A stretch of DNA of 64,000 nucleotides, from contig CM060731.1 of NCBI GenBank assembly GCA_030704615.1, positions 23,746,001-23,810,000 of the forward strand, written 5' to 3'. The stretch's first letter is position 1. Each line of letters starts with the position of its first letter. Source of the stretch: Takakia lepidozioides. Lineage: Eukaryota > Plantae > Bryophyta. Below the pieces are notes generated by a model. The model searched no databases. It was not told where the DNA came from and saw only the letters and a list, made by a program, of their open reading frames with translations. Shown in pieces: positions 24,683-36,899 of this stretch. Position numbers and translations under genes: made by a program.

Positions 24683-25537
24683 CTTCCTTCCTCGAGTATG
24701 TTTGTACCTTGCTATCGCAGATCTAGTGTAAATCGGTTTACTGCTGTCTCCAGAACACAGTTGAAGAATGAGCAGAGCATATGGCGGAGGAAGCTCAGAT
24801 AACGACTGTGCATATTCTGTTATTCATTCCAGATATGCAGCCGTCCATTTTAATTACTTTTCTTGTGGGCCCAGTGGTCAGAGAATCCATAGGGGCAGTG
24901 TCGGCAACTGTTAAACCGTTAATCAGAACCTCATCAATAAACCCAATAACAAAGCCGACTTCCTGGAAGCATGCCACAGGATCCGAGAATGGGATTGCAG
25001 ATTAAGTAAATGTATCTATATACTACTACCAATGATCATGCGCACCTGGAAAGTTCCAAATGTGCAACGAATGTGGGGTTTGGATAACAAGGATGACCGT
25101 GTATGATATTCCAAAATTTGTCATCAAACTCTCGTTCATTTATATTTATTTGTTTAAGACTGCGCATCAATTTCTGGGATTCGCTGTTCTTTTTAAATAT
25201 TGAACCAGTTATAATTTAGAACACGCCGTTTTGTTTTGGGCGGCACACGTCAGACATCCATAACTGAATACGAACAGCTGTACACCAATTGCTGGCATGT
25301 GCACTAATAACGAAACGACTATGTGTAACGGTCACGCGGGAGGGAATCCGATGCTTCTAGAGACACGCAAGAACACAGGCAATCCCGCAAGAAATCGAGA
25401 GTCACTGCGTTTTTCTACTTTTCGCGCTTAGAGGGAGAGTGGTAGTCAAGCTGGAGAGGGTTCCTTCTAGAATACGAAAGAGAAGAAAGTCTCTTTATTT
25501 TACTTCCCTTAGAGAGAGACGCAGAGCAAGAGAGAAA

Positions 25538-28500
25538 ATGACGAGGCGTCGTTTGTTGGAGAACACAGGGCCAAGGCAGCAGGTGAACGCGGAGACTGAT
25601 TCACAAGAGCAGACGGAGACTGAGGCAGCGGCTGCGACACAGTCGGCGATAAGAGTGCGCCAGCCTGTGGAGGCAGAGATGAATCGCAGGGACACTGAAG
25701 AAGGTGGAAGCACGCGGAACGCCGAACCTGAAGAAGGTCAAGAAACCCTTGCGCAGACAGAAACTCCAGCAGATGTGAGAGGGAAGAGGAAAGCTGCAGA
25801 AGGGGATCAAATTTCAAAACCTAAGAAGGTGCCAGTAAGTTTTATCATATAGTCTGTGTGATTGCCTTTCAAGGAGTCCTTCCTCTTCCATTCTTTAGCA
25901 GGAACTACTGAATCGCGAGCGTCGTTAACGCCATTCGATTCTGCTCATGAGATTTATGTACCTATGTGTTTGAAGAGAGAGTCTGCACTTACTATTCTCC
26001 CTAAACTACACTGAATGTCGTTGCCGCCAATCAGTTGCACATATATGTCATTACACAACACCGATCCGGCAGGTTGTTATCTTTTGTGATTGTCGTTAAC
26101 GCCGTTCGCTATCGCTCTCACTTTTGTTTTGAATACGGCAGTCTCGGCTTTGCATGTGTAGATTGTGCTGAATTCTTTCACACCATTCATGGTGAGTTTC
26201 CTTGATACAGAGTGATTGTCGTTACCGCCATTCACTATTTGCAAATCACTTAGTCAGAACTGAATGGCATCGTGCAGAAAACTGTGAGGTCGAAGCCTAC
26301 AGGATCAGAGGGGAAAGGATCTGGAGATGGGGACGAGTCCGCAAAAAGCTCAGAGAATACAGATGAAGCAGATGAATCCGAAGTGCACTACCTTGACAAG
26401 GTGAAAGAACTCATGTCATTCCAGAAGGTAAACTCTCAGGAGGTTATAAGGGACATGCTCGTATCTGGAGGGCGTCTGGACATACCTCTGTGCCGGATGA
26501 TATCAATGCCTGTTGTGCGTCCACCTCTTTCCCATGACATAACAAAATTGGAGAGTGATTTTGTGCATGGATATAGACTTGGTGCACAAGTTTTTTATGT
26601 GTCACTGACGGATATAAATGGGAAAAGCACATTAGTTTCTCCAGAGATCAGTGATAACTGGGATGAGTGCTGGAAAGATGCCAATGAGGAGTTCGAGCTG
26701 GGCCTCATGATGGGAAAGAACACCCAGCAATTTTGCAACCACATGTTCTACGTCTGGGACGGCAACCACCGATTGCTGGCATGGATGGGATACATTCAGA
26801 AACACCATTCGAAAGACAAAGACAAGCATGTTGCTGTGGAGGCAATGGTTTTGGATCCAGGAAACGACATCGCTAGGCTTCTTACAGCTATGCACGACGT
26901 GAACAAGTAAGTCATCCAGGAGATTTGATTCCCTCTGTAGTGTCTTGTTGATCCTCAAAAAACAGTGTTAAGGAATGCAATGTTTTCAATGTTTTTGCAG
27001 ATCGACAGAGAAATCGCATGTGACAACAAGCTTGGTTCACACACTATTCCGAATTCAGAGGATTGGTCTGATGAAGCTGGATGATTTTCGGACAGTACTA
27101 CCACCCAATATCATCAAGAAGTGCGAAACAGGAAGAGCTGCAGGCACTTGGTATTCTTTGACACGAGAGGCGTTTCTGGAGTACATGTATGCGGTAAGCC
27201 CGAGTCTGTAATCTGTTTACTTTTCGAATACATGTTTAGAGTCCCTTCGGAGCTAATCACTACTTGAATGAATGCAGCAAGAACTGGCAGAGGCAGCTGA
27301 GAAGGGAAAATCCGAATATTACCGCACTACACCAGAGGAACTAAGGACATCAAAGGGTGTGGAAGCTGCAATAAAGAAGGAGTTTGAGATGCGAAGAACC
27401 AAATTGATGTCAGCCTTCGGAAAGCAGCTTAGAATAGTAGATCCTGGACTTGGTCCTGAGTTCCTTCAGCAGATCAAAACACACTATGACAAGCATGTGC
27501 ATCCGGAGATGCAGCAGGAGAAATTGCACCGGCTGGCCATATCGATGGTCGACCCACAAACAAAAATAAGGTGGCTGGAGATATGGAACTCAGATCAAAC
27601 AGTAAAGGACTTGAATCAGTTCCCAAAGAGCACCATACAGCCTGGCACAAAGGTGGAAGGAATCAGTGATTTGGTGTTTGATAACTGGCTCCACAAGGCT
27701 ACATTTTGGAGTCAGGTGTGTATTCGAACATGCTGTTTCTTCTCTTCAAGTATGTGATGTGTTTCTTTTTTGCAATTCTGACAAATATACTATTTGCAGC
27801 TCGAAAAGCGCGCCGTCATTGTGCTGGATCAGACTTTGAAGGACCTGAACATTGCGATTGTTTCCCCTCCCCAAATGTCATTGGAGGCATACATAAGGAA
27901 GTGGAGAGGTCTCACCTGGAGATACTGTTTTTTCCGGGAGTTCTCCAAAGATGGTAACATTTTACGGTCCAACGACTTTGACAGTCAGGTTGGAGGAGAG
28001 TGGGCCATGATGCGAGTTGTGTACAGGTGAAATGTCATACTTGAAACTCTACTGTTTTTTTGGGAAAATTTGTGGCTTCATATGGATTGCAATCTTAGAT
28101 CCAGATTGAATGTCGTTGACGACATTCACTTCTTTGTCTGAGTCATTCTTAAGCGAGTATATGAATTCACCTGGTTAGGATCTAAGGGTGCAATTATATT
28201 GTCCCTGATTAGAATTGATAATGTCCTTGAATGGCGTTGACGACATTCACATACGGAGTTGTTGTGTGGTCCTCAAGGTTATTTAAATTTTTGTAATGTC
28301 CATAGAGGTTACAATGAGGGTTGATCACTTCATTTTGCTGAATGTCAATGCAGACATTCAGTTGTTCTGCATTGTTTTTTCCTCTTGCGATGAATATGGA
28401 GGCTTGATAAGCTCTGTTTTAAGAAATCCAAAGTGAATGTCGTTGACGACATTCACAGCTGTGTCTGTATTATTCAAAAACGACAAATTCAATTTTCATG

Positions 28501-31175
28501 GATTGGGGAGCTAAGTAATTGGTTTCTTTTTTGTATTTTTGTGAATGGCGTTGACGCCATTCACATACAGTGATGTTGTGAGGTCCTCAGTGATAGGTTC
28601 GTTATGAATGTGCATTGAGTTTTCCTGGATGGTTCCTTACTCAATTTTTTTATTTCCATCCTGTGATTTTGCTTCATTTCAGTAATAATTTGGCTTCATT
28701 CTTGAATGTCGTTGACGACATTCACTTCTATGTCTGTGTCATTTCTAATCGCTTATTTGCATTCACCTGGATTAGGATGTATTTACAGTGTCATGGAATG
28801 GAATGTTCTGAATGGCGTTGACGACATTCATATCTGGAGCAGTAGTGTGGTCCTGAAAGGTCCTTGGAGCAGTTGTCAGAGCCATTTCAATCCATGTTTT
28901 ATTCTTTCTGTTCTACTTGCATCTTACTCACTGAGCGCTTTTGTGGGTTGGGATTCATCTCCTTTTTTCAGGTACACGAAATATGTGCTTATGGAAGGAA
29001 ATCACCTGAGCGGAATTCCCGACTATCTTGACATGTGGTCGGACCCTGCAAACGATCCAACCATGTATACTGCAGGGATATTGAAGGACTGGAGTCCTTC
29101 TCACTTCAGAGACTGTGGGTGGTACCTTGACTGCCCACCTGAGCACACGACCTTTCAAGAACAGCATATGAAATACTTGAACAATAACGCTGAGATGCTG
29201 GCGCCTTTGACTGACGAAGAGTATCAACGAAACATAGCAACCTTGGCTGCCAAGGAGCCTGATGCTCAGGGAACGCCGCAGAAGGGAAAGAAGGCGGGCC
29301 GCAAACCAAAAGACAAGGCTGTTGATGTCATAGCCATCTCACCAGCAAAGCCAAAGGACAAAGACAAGTCCAAAGAGAAGGAAAAGGACAAGGGGAAGGA
29401 GAATGAAAAGGAGATGGAGAGTGGGCAGGACTTTAGTGCTGGAAGATATACCCGCACTCTTCAGTGCGTGTTCGATGCCAAGCCACACCCTTCCCGTTCT
29501 GATTCAGCAGGAGAGATGAAAATTGTTAATGAGGGTTGGCTTTCGATGATGCAGAGTCGAAAGAGAGGATACACTGGGGTGCCATCCCCTACCTGGGACA
29601 ATATAATCTCATTCCTCAATCTGGTGAGAATTCCACTTTCTTTCCTTTTTCTCTGAATGTTTCGTTGGCAGTATTTCAGTCTCGTTCTTTGAAAACATTC
29701 TTGCCATCGTTCTTATAAAAAACATGTCTGTTGCAGGTGAGCACAGGTCCCACCTTCGTGTGCGGTGTGCAGAAAACTTATGCGGCCGACATTGTCATTC
29801 TCGACATCCCGGATGGCCAGGCTGTGCCAGAAGTTCTTCCAAAGGGCAAGACGCCAGGGTGGAACAAATTCGAGGACAACTACTGGAGTTGGGTATTCGG
29901 GTTCTGTAACAATTTCCTCTCTGATGCAGGGACACTTCTGCTTTTTCAGTCATGTGACAATGATAGTCGTCGGGCATTGGCATCATACCTCAAGTCTTCA
30001 GGGTTTGAAGTTTTGCGCACATGGAATTGTGTGAACAGCCTCTACCTTGTGAAAGGGGGTTTCCCTGGTCAGCTGGTATGCCGTCTGCCTTCTGCTTATG
30101 CTTTGATCATGAGTTTCAATTTTCTCTGCAGCTCCACTCTAGTAGAATGTTTTATGATCGACACCGATCATCAACGATTCATGGTTTTTTGGTGTCAGAG
30201 TTCTGAATAGCCGATGTACACACTTCCACTTTAGATTGTGTTTACCACACTAACCTGCTATCTTTGGCAGACGAGGATGTTCGAGGCGATCTGCCTGCGG
30301 AGGATTCGCACATCAAAGACACCATCCTCCATCCGCAGCTTTGAGATTTCTGACCAGGGTTGTTTCGTCAACCCCCCCTATGAGCCCCATGTCGATGACA
30401 TTTTGTACAACTTCATGCAGTCCAGTCAGACTCTGAAGAGACCAGATGGCACTCCCTGGAGAGGTGCAAAGGAAAAGTCACCAGCATTCATGCAAATACT
30501 GCTGGAGTCATGCAGCCACCGCTCTGCACGGGTGGTCGATCTTTCTGTGTCCACAGGTTCGTTTTCTCCCTTCCGAATTGGTTTCCTTTCAACAGTTTCA
30601 TCTGCTTAAATCCCCTCCTCCAAACTGCTTATGTTCTCCTGTCTGGTGCAGGAGCAACTTACCACGCATGCAAGGCAGGCGGAAGAAGCCTTTTTGGTAT
30701 GGAGGGTGATTCTGACCTCTACAACACAGTGCTCCTCCCCCTTTTGTCTGGCTCCACTTCAGGCACACAGACTGATCGGATTCATATTCGAAATGATGAC
30801 GATCCCGAAGATAAGCAGGTCGACAACGACTTTTCATGTGAGTAAGTGCTAAACCCTCTTTGGGAGTCATACTCAATTTCTCGATAACATCAAAGTTACA
30901 GTAATAACTTTTTCAGGCTGTCTTTCAGGAAAGCCAGCGGTGGATCTTCAGGAGATACAGTCATTTCTGGCGAGTCTGTTTTCGACAGCCCCCTTTCCAA
31001 TTTTCTGCTCCCTGTTTATGCCGAAGCAATGGCACTTCACGCGTCCGAGTCCCTATCCCCTGACTTTTTAGTGGCCAGCCGTAGGTGTATCCAGCGTGGA
31101 TCCGGTGTTCTAAAATACTTAGACTTAGATGCAGAGGAAGAGGGGATACATTGTACTGACTCTGAGTCAGACTGA
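25538..31175 (+). CDS. Multi-exon ParB/Srx-like + beta-class N4C/N6A DNA methyltransferase-like fusion protein (inner MULE)
   Basis: About 10 GT-AG exons with apparently open frames; RLDIPLCRM..FYVWDGNHRLLAW (D codon 26758-26760); ADIVILDIPDG (DPPY position); FLSDAGTLLLF; EKSPAFMQILLESCSHRSARVVDLSVST|GATYHACKAGGRSLFGME (beta-class motifs X-I-II). The 3' end is approximate. Confidence 0.8.
25915..26234. repeat. Degenerate copies of the inner-element palindrome in intron 1 (about 4 copies)
   Basis: GCGTCGTTAACGCCATTC, TGAATGTCGTTGCCGCCAATCA, TGATTGTCGTTAACGCCGTTC, TGATTGTCGTTACCGCCATTCA. Confidence 0.75.
28107..28830. repeat. Intronic array of the 22-bp palindrome TGAATGTCGT-TG-ACGACATTCA (about 7 copies)
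   Basis: Copies start at 28107, 28228, 28339 (degenerate), 28434, 28542, 28703, 28809, inside the long intron at about 28028-28971. Confidence 0.9.
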
Positions 31176-31886
31176 ACTGTATTCTTTTAATATTCATTTT
31201 CATATTATCTGGAAAACGTTGAATCCCCTTACTCTACCGTAGTTGTTCCTTTAGAACAAATAATAATCACAGAATCAACTTTCGTTTAAATTGCTATATG
31301 TATGAATCCATCTCACAAACCTTCCTGACTCTTCTCATATCCATTGTGCATTCATCTACACTGTATTCATGCGTGCTCCATTCATGAAAGCTTCCTTTGT
31401 ACAACATCCATTGTACATTCATCCTCTGTACTCTTTAATCCACCCCACAAACCTTCCACACTCATTTCATATACTTTGTGCATTCGTCAAAAGATTTGGT
31501 CATGCATCTTCCTGTCATGAATTTTTGTCATTGCTCAACATCCATTATACATTCATCCATTTTACTCTTATCCATCCGTCATTCATCCATCTACATAGAT
31601 TTTTCAAACTCATCCATCTGTTTATCATCCAACTGTACATTCATCCATCATTTATTCAATGCCTTTTATTATGTCGTCCAGCTTGTTTCCGCGGTAAAGG
31701 GTGCCAATCCGCGGGAATACACTCCACTTCTTTCTGGGTGCGTGGTGACTCGGCCTCCACGTGTGATGACGTGGACTGAGCCCCGTGACGTGGCATTTGC
31801 GCAAGGTGACGTGGCGTGAGCGCAGTCGCGCTCACGCGCTCACGCGCTCACGTGACCAGGCTCACGCCGAGGCATCCCTGTTCTAG

Positions 31887-33314
31887 GAGCGGTGCTTGGA
31901 TTCCGACACGGACATGCCGAACACGAATATGGCAGAATCGGTCCACTCCTCCTGGCGAGCGTCTTCTGCCGCACATCTGGTGGACGTAGTGACGGCCACA
32001 ACGGAGGACATCGACAGAGCAATCATGCAGCAAGCCACGTACTACAGTTCCTGAGCGGCAAACAATGGGGCTTTGGGCCGGACAGGGAGGAATTGTTGGT
32101 ACGAACAGCTTCGAGGTCCAAGAATCCAGTGAAATGGGCGACAGCATTGCGAGAGAAGATCAAAGGGACGCCTCTGCACCGCAGAGGTGAACACCTAGAG
32201 GGGGACGTCCGGACTCGCCCTGTCAGGCGGAGGATTGAAGAGGAACCCGGGTGCGAAGAGGATTCCTGGAGATCCGATAGGAACATTCGGACAGCACCTC
32301 GAGGTCCCGTCATGTTGCCGCGCAATGTGTCTTCCAGCAGTGGAAGCCCAAGAAATTCCAGATCGCCGTCGCCTTCAACCGGGGATTCGTGCAAAAAATT
32401 CCCACCGCTCCCTTGCCCCACATTCCGCCCGCTGTTATGCAGTATGGCCAAGCCATTGTGGAGACGACTGTGTCTGCATCACAGTGGAGAATTGCTCGCA
32501 CAAAGCCGTCGTTTCGAGGAAGGTGTTCCGCAATTCGTGTGGATACACGGCAACGTTGTTTAGAGATGATAAGGAAGAATCCAGATGGGGCTGTCCCTGC
32601 TCCTACTTTTACAGGAAGATTTGTCCATGCAAAGTTTGCGGAGGCGACAACCACCCAGTTCTGGTTCTGCAGGCACGACATTATGACTTGCGTGTATGGA
32701 AAGCCCAAGTACGGCATACAAACAATGCCAGAGGCTCCCCCGGTGTGGCCGGTGGAACCAGGCTGCGATCTGAGTCAGGTTGAGGCCGACGCCCTTACCG
32801 CCGCAGGATTTCGGATGGTGCAGCGCACTGACGTCCCCAGAGAACCATTTCCGCTTCCACAGCCTCCACCACCGACCCCTGTGAGAGCAAGAACAATGGG
32901 ACACGACAGCTCTAAGCATCCTACACACCGTTGGGGGAAACCGAAGAGGCGGCGACCTCCCTCAAAGTGAACGAGACAAGGATGGGGAATGCACTTCGGA
33001 TGAACTGTACAATCCAGAGCTCGACAGAAGTGCCCCCACCAGGATTCGGGCGTGTGTATCAGATGGCCACGGCGGGCTCAGCTGTTCGCAATGAGGTGTA
33101 CACCATCACCATTTCAGAATTACCCACCTGCAATTGCACCGACTTCCAGATCATGGCGAACAAGGGGGCATCATACTGCCCTTGCAAGCATTTGTACTAC
33201 GTGTACCTAAAGAGACTCCGTTGTAATTCCACAACTCATCACTTCATACATGCACCAGGGTTGAGCCCCCAGGAGGTTCACACTCTTCTGAATATTGATC
33301 CAGGGGACCAGTGA
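31887..33314 (+). pseudogene. Outer MULE transposase exon 2 (catalytic Glu region, Cys-rich domain, SWIM), frameshifted
   Basis: ERCLDSDTDMPNTNMAESVHSSW; GPDREELLVR; PAPTFTG..FWFC..WPV; CNCTDF..CKHLYYV; homologous to 21168-22553. Confidence 0.85.
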
Positions 33315-34039
33315 GCTTGGCTTGCGGTCCCAATACAATGGTACGCCCATCCTTTTCGGATAGTAGAACTGTACTGCTGCCAGTACCTCAGACTCTGGCC
33401 ACAGAAAGGTCCGACATATGTCTTGCCTACCAGTAACCTGTTTTGCTCGAACTAAGATATTACTATATCGTTCACTTGCTTCCACGTGCATGTATTTTTG
33501 TATGTTGGAGGGTTCATGTTTTTCTGCTTTCCGAAAACTTGCTTTCCTCATTCGACCTCCGACAAGGAAATGCGGCGCCGCATTTCCAAGTATCGTCGTA
33601 GGTACTGGCAGAGGCGGCCTTCGCCAACACCAAACCGCTCCGAAATTTCGCACGTGCGAACCCTAATGCGGCACCTTATTTCCCAGTTCAGTTGCAAACC
33701 TTTCCCGCCGAATACCCGAAGAAGACAGAATTGTGAAGTATTGCAGACTGTATTGGTGCAGACTCCATTGGTTCAATCGCGGCAAAAGGGTCAGCTTCAT
33801 TCCAATGTTAAGGCATGTAAAACCGCGGAATACTCTATACATGCCAGTATGCGACATCCTTTTGCAGTGGTATACTGGATTTCCCGTTGCACGGTCACTT
33901 ATTTCCATGAGCGGATCTAAAAAACCATGAGCGGACTTGTTACTGACGACATATCTTCGCCGCATTACATGATCTGGAACGTCCAAAAACGGCAAGGTCA
34001 AATAAAAAACTATTATTTTAATACTTGTTTAATCTGCCG

Positions 34040-34165
34040 CATTTCCAAATTTGGAGGAGTCCGCTCATGAAATCCGCGTATCTTAGACTTCGGCTCACCG
34101 CTCATGCGGCTCATGCGGCTCATGGCTCATGGCTCATGGTTTCTGCTCATGAAATAGTAAACCTC
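34040..34165 (-). repeat. Right TIR and (GCTCATG)n subterminal repeats of the outer MULE
   Basis: GCTCATGCGGCTCATGCGGCTCATGGCTCATGGCTCATG..GCTCATGAAATAGTAAACCTC. Confidence 0.9.
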
Positions 34166-35544
34166 TCGCCGTCGTCTTGCATTATGGCTCATGTTCCCTT
34201 GCCTGGGTGCTCTGTAGGGTTGAAGCTTTGCTTGTGTATGTGTGTGGTACTGGCGCTTTGTCGCGCGGGAAGAATCTTTACAGCTCGTGCTTTGTGGCTT
34301 TCATGTGAGGTGTTGCACTGCACCGCAGCTACCTTTTGTGGTAATTCACTAGTACAGATTAACGTCTTTATGACTATTGATATCACTGCATTTGCAGTGA
34401 TAAGTGCTTTTACGACTACCTCACTCTACAGCGACAAACACGAAGTCAGTTCTACCATGACTACGGAGTGATAAGTGCGAAGTCATGGTCGTCACTGAGG
34501 ATGTGGCATGGGATAGTGATGCAGGGTTTGGTGATGTAGTCATAACATAAATAACTACACGACTGTAAGTTATGACTACATCACTACATCATTGCGCCTA
34601 CATGGAGAGGCTTGTGCGTGACACGTGGGATCCTTGGGATTTGACATGTATTCATCTCCATATGGTACAGTGGACTACACGACTACATGTCATGACTAAC
34701 ATGATAACTACATTACTACAGAAGTCCGCCTACATGGATAGTTGTCTGCGTGACACACGTAATCCCTCTTCTATGACAAGTGTCTAAATCGTGAGATGAA
34801 GTATAGTGATGTAGGCATAACTTTATGACTACATAACTACATTGTGTGACTACACTGATGACTACATAATTACTCAGTACATCGCTGAGGATGACATGTG
34901 GCACATTTCCTGAATACATGTATGACTACATTACTATGGGTGTGACTATATCACTACAACACTACAGATGCCACGTGGTCTTTGTTGGAGTATGTGTGAA
35001 TGACACGTGTAGGTCATGTAGATTTTAAAATTTGTTATATATTATTCAATTTCAAATGACTAATTTAAATAGTAAATTAAAGTAAATTAATATGAAATTT
35101 AAACAAACCATGTGGAGCTCTCATAAGCACAGCAATTGGCAAAGCAATTGGCCCTCTATATCAAGACACACCCCCTCTGCAGGGAAGGAGAGCCTGCATT
35201 AATCTTCCAATGACCAAAGAGTGGACCCCCAACCCTGCTGGCAGTTGCAAAGTGTGACAAAGAAAGATTCTACCACCAACCCTGTTGCATAGACTGACAG
35301 AAGTACCAGTATCGTACAGTCTAAAAGACAACTACAATCAATACATGCCATCCATAGAAACAACAACATCACAACCACAGCACACACATTTATGTGGTGT
35401 TCGAACCAGTCTTTGTATATAAATTCACAAAATATGCTTCATTGTTCAAGCACAATGTCGCTAAGCACTTACCTGGAAAAAACTAGATTCAACAGATACT
35501 GCTAGAAGTAAGGGCTTTATTGACAAACAAAGCAGTAGAACTTC

Positions 35545-35815
35545 TTAAACCTCATGTCTCAGTAGCTTCAAACTCCAAATTGTGGTGCTTCCTACCACAT
35601 CCCCCAACACAATATGTTTCTTAACATCATTGAGATATGGTAAATGAGCGTTAGTGATGTATGCCTCTTTGATGTATATAGCCGCATACTCAGCTGGCAC
35701 ATCAGGGTAGCCCTCACTTACCTTGCAGCCTTGCAGAGAACATATAATCCCTGATCCAACCTTTGTCCGTTTGGACATCACGTTAAGGAGCCGAACTTGG
35801 TCTCCCACCTTAAAC
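35545..35815 (-). CDS. Probable terminal exon of the CACTA TnpA/Tnp1-like gene (small beta-barrel C-terminal domain)
   Basis: KVGDQVRLLNV..KVGSGII..VPAEYAAIYI..HLPY..LGDVVGSTTIW resembles CACTA ORF2 C-termini. Confidence 0.55.
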
Positions 35816-36899
35816 TGTCATCCCAGCACCCACCAGCAAAAACAATGAGTGAAAATACCATGCACGCTAGACTACGGAGGTCCAAGCATTATAGTACTTA
35901 AGTACCGGGAGTGGGGTTGCAACTACTAATAGGGATGGATGGAGGGAGGAGAGGGAGGAAGGGTAGGCAGGAAGGTCTACAGCCAAAAAGTTGCAGCAAA
36001 CAACTTACATACACACACACACATTTCAATTTCGTTCCACTACAACAGATTGCGGCTTTTATGACTCCCATGGGTGCGCAGTCATGACAGATTTGTGGCA
36101 GAAATGCCATTTGCAGTCGTAAAATGCTTTTGAAGTCATAATGCAGGTCTGGAGAAGGCGTATATGTGACTGCATGGCTTCGGACTCTGCGCAACACAGG
36201 TCAAACATGTTTGACCACGAATATTGGCATGGCAGATATGACTACAAATCACGGTCATGGCTACACTGGAATGACGTGTGCATATTGCAAGACAGACATA
36301 TGACTTCATGACTCTCACTCTAATGCATTATGCTAGATCATTACACATGGATGAATCACTACATGACTACACGTGTCGACACATGCTTTTCTGGTTATAT
36401 ATATAATATATGAGTATTTATATCTTAAAAAAACGGAGACTCTTACCACTAGAATGAATTAAAAAAACCCAAAAAAACAAAGATTTAAAAAAAATCACAT
36501 CGGCTGGTAAGTGCACAGTGTGTCGCCCTTGTGGTTTGGGGTTCAAACCCGCTGCCCTTATCCCGTGTGTTGGATTGTTCGAGACGGTATGTCTTGACGT
36601 TGATCGTCCTGTAGGTCTTATGGCCCATAAATGAAGGCGGGTGAATTTTTCCCCTCCTCAAGGGCTTGTGGTTTCCTTTAAGAAAATAAAAAAAATAAAA
36701 AAAGGGGCTTTTAGGGTTTACAAAAAGGTTAAAAAACTTAAAAAGTTGCCCATCACGGTAGCGTGAACAGACTTAGAGCGAGCGGGAGGGAGGGCAAACA
36801 TGCATGGGAGGCCCGCAGTTGGAGCAACCTTCGCATCTGAAGCAAGCAGCCCTAGAAACGCTAGGATATGTGTGCGAGGAGGTTTCGGCTTGGAGCTCG

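Larger units (their letters stand above)
20518..31880. mobile_element. Nested Mutator-like element (inner, 11.4 kb), related to the outer element and in opposite orientation
   Basis: 9-bp TSD TTCTAGGAG at 20509-20517 and 31881-31889; imperfect TIR CAACGACGCAATGGCGTGAG vs right-end rc CAGGGATGCCTCGGCGTGAG; CGTGAGC/GCTCACG and GACGTGGC subterminal repeats at both ends. Confidence 0.92.
8438..34165. mobile_element. Giant Mutator-like element (outer, 25.7 kb including the nested element)
   Basis: Perfect 9-bp TSD TCGCCGTCG at 8429-8437 and 34166-34174; TIR GGGGGCTGCTATTTCATGAGC vs right-end rc GAGGTTTACTATTTCATGAGC; CATGAGC subterminal repeats at both ends; MULE-type DDE transposase inside. Confidence 0.93.

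Noticed and set aside
25538-31175. Bacterial or phage contamination as the source of the ParB-MTase gene
   Set aside because: The gene has many GT-AG introns and lies within TSD-bounded elements among plant sequences.
36497-36560. tRNA gene
   Set aside because: Only a B-box-like motif is present; I could not fold a convincing cloverleaf.
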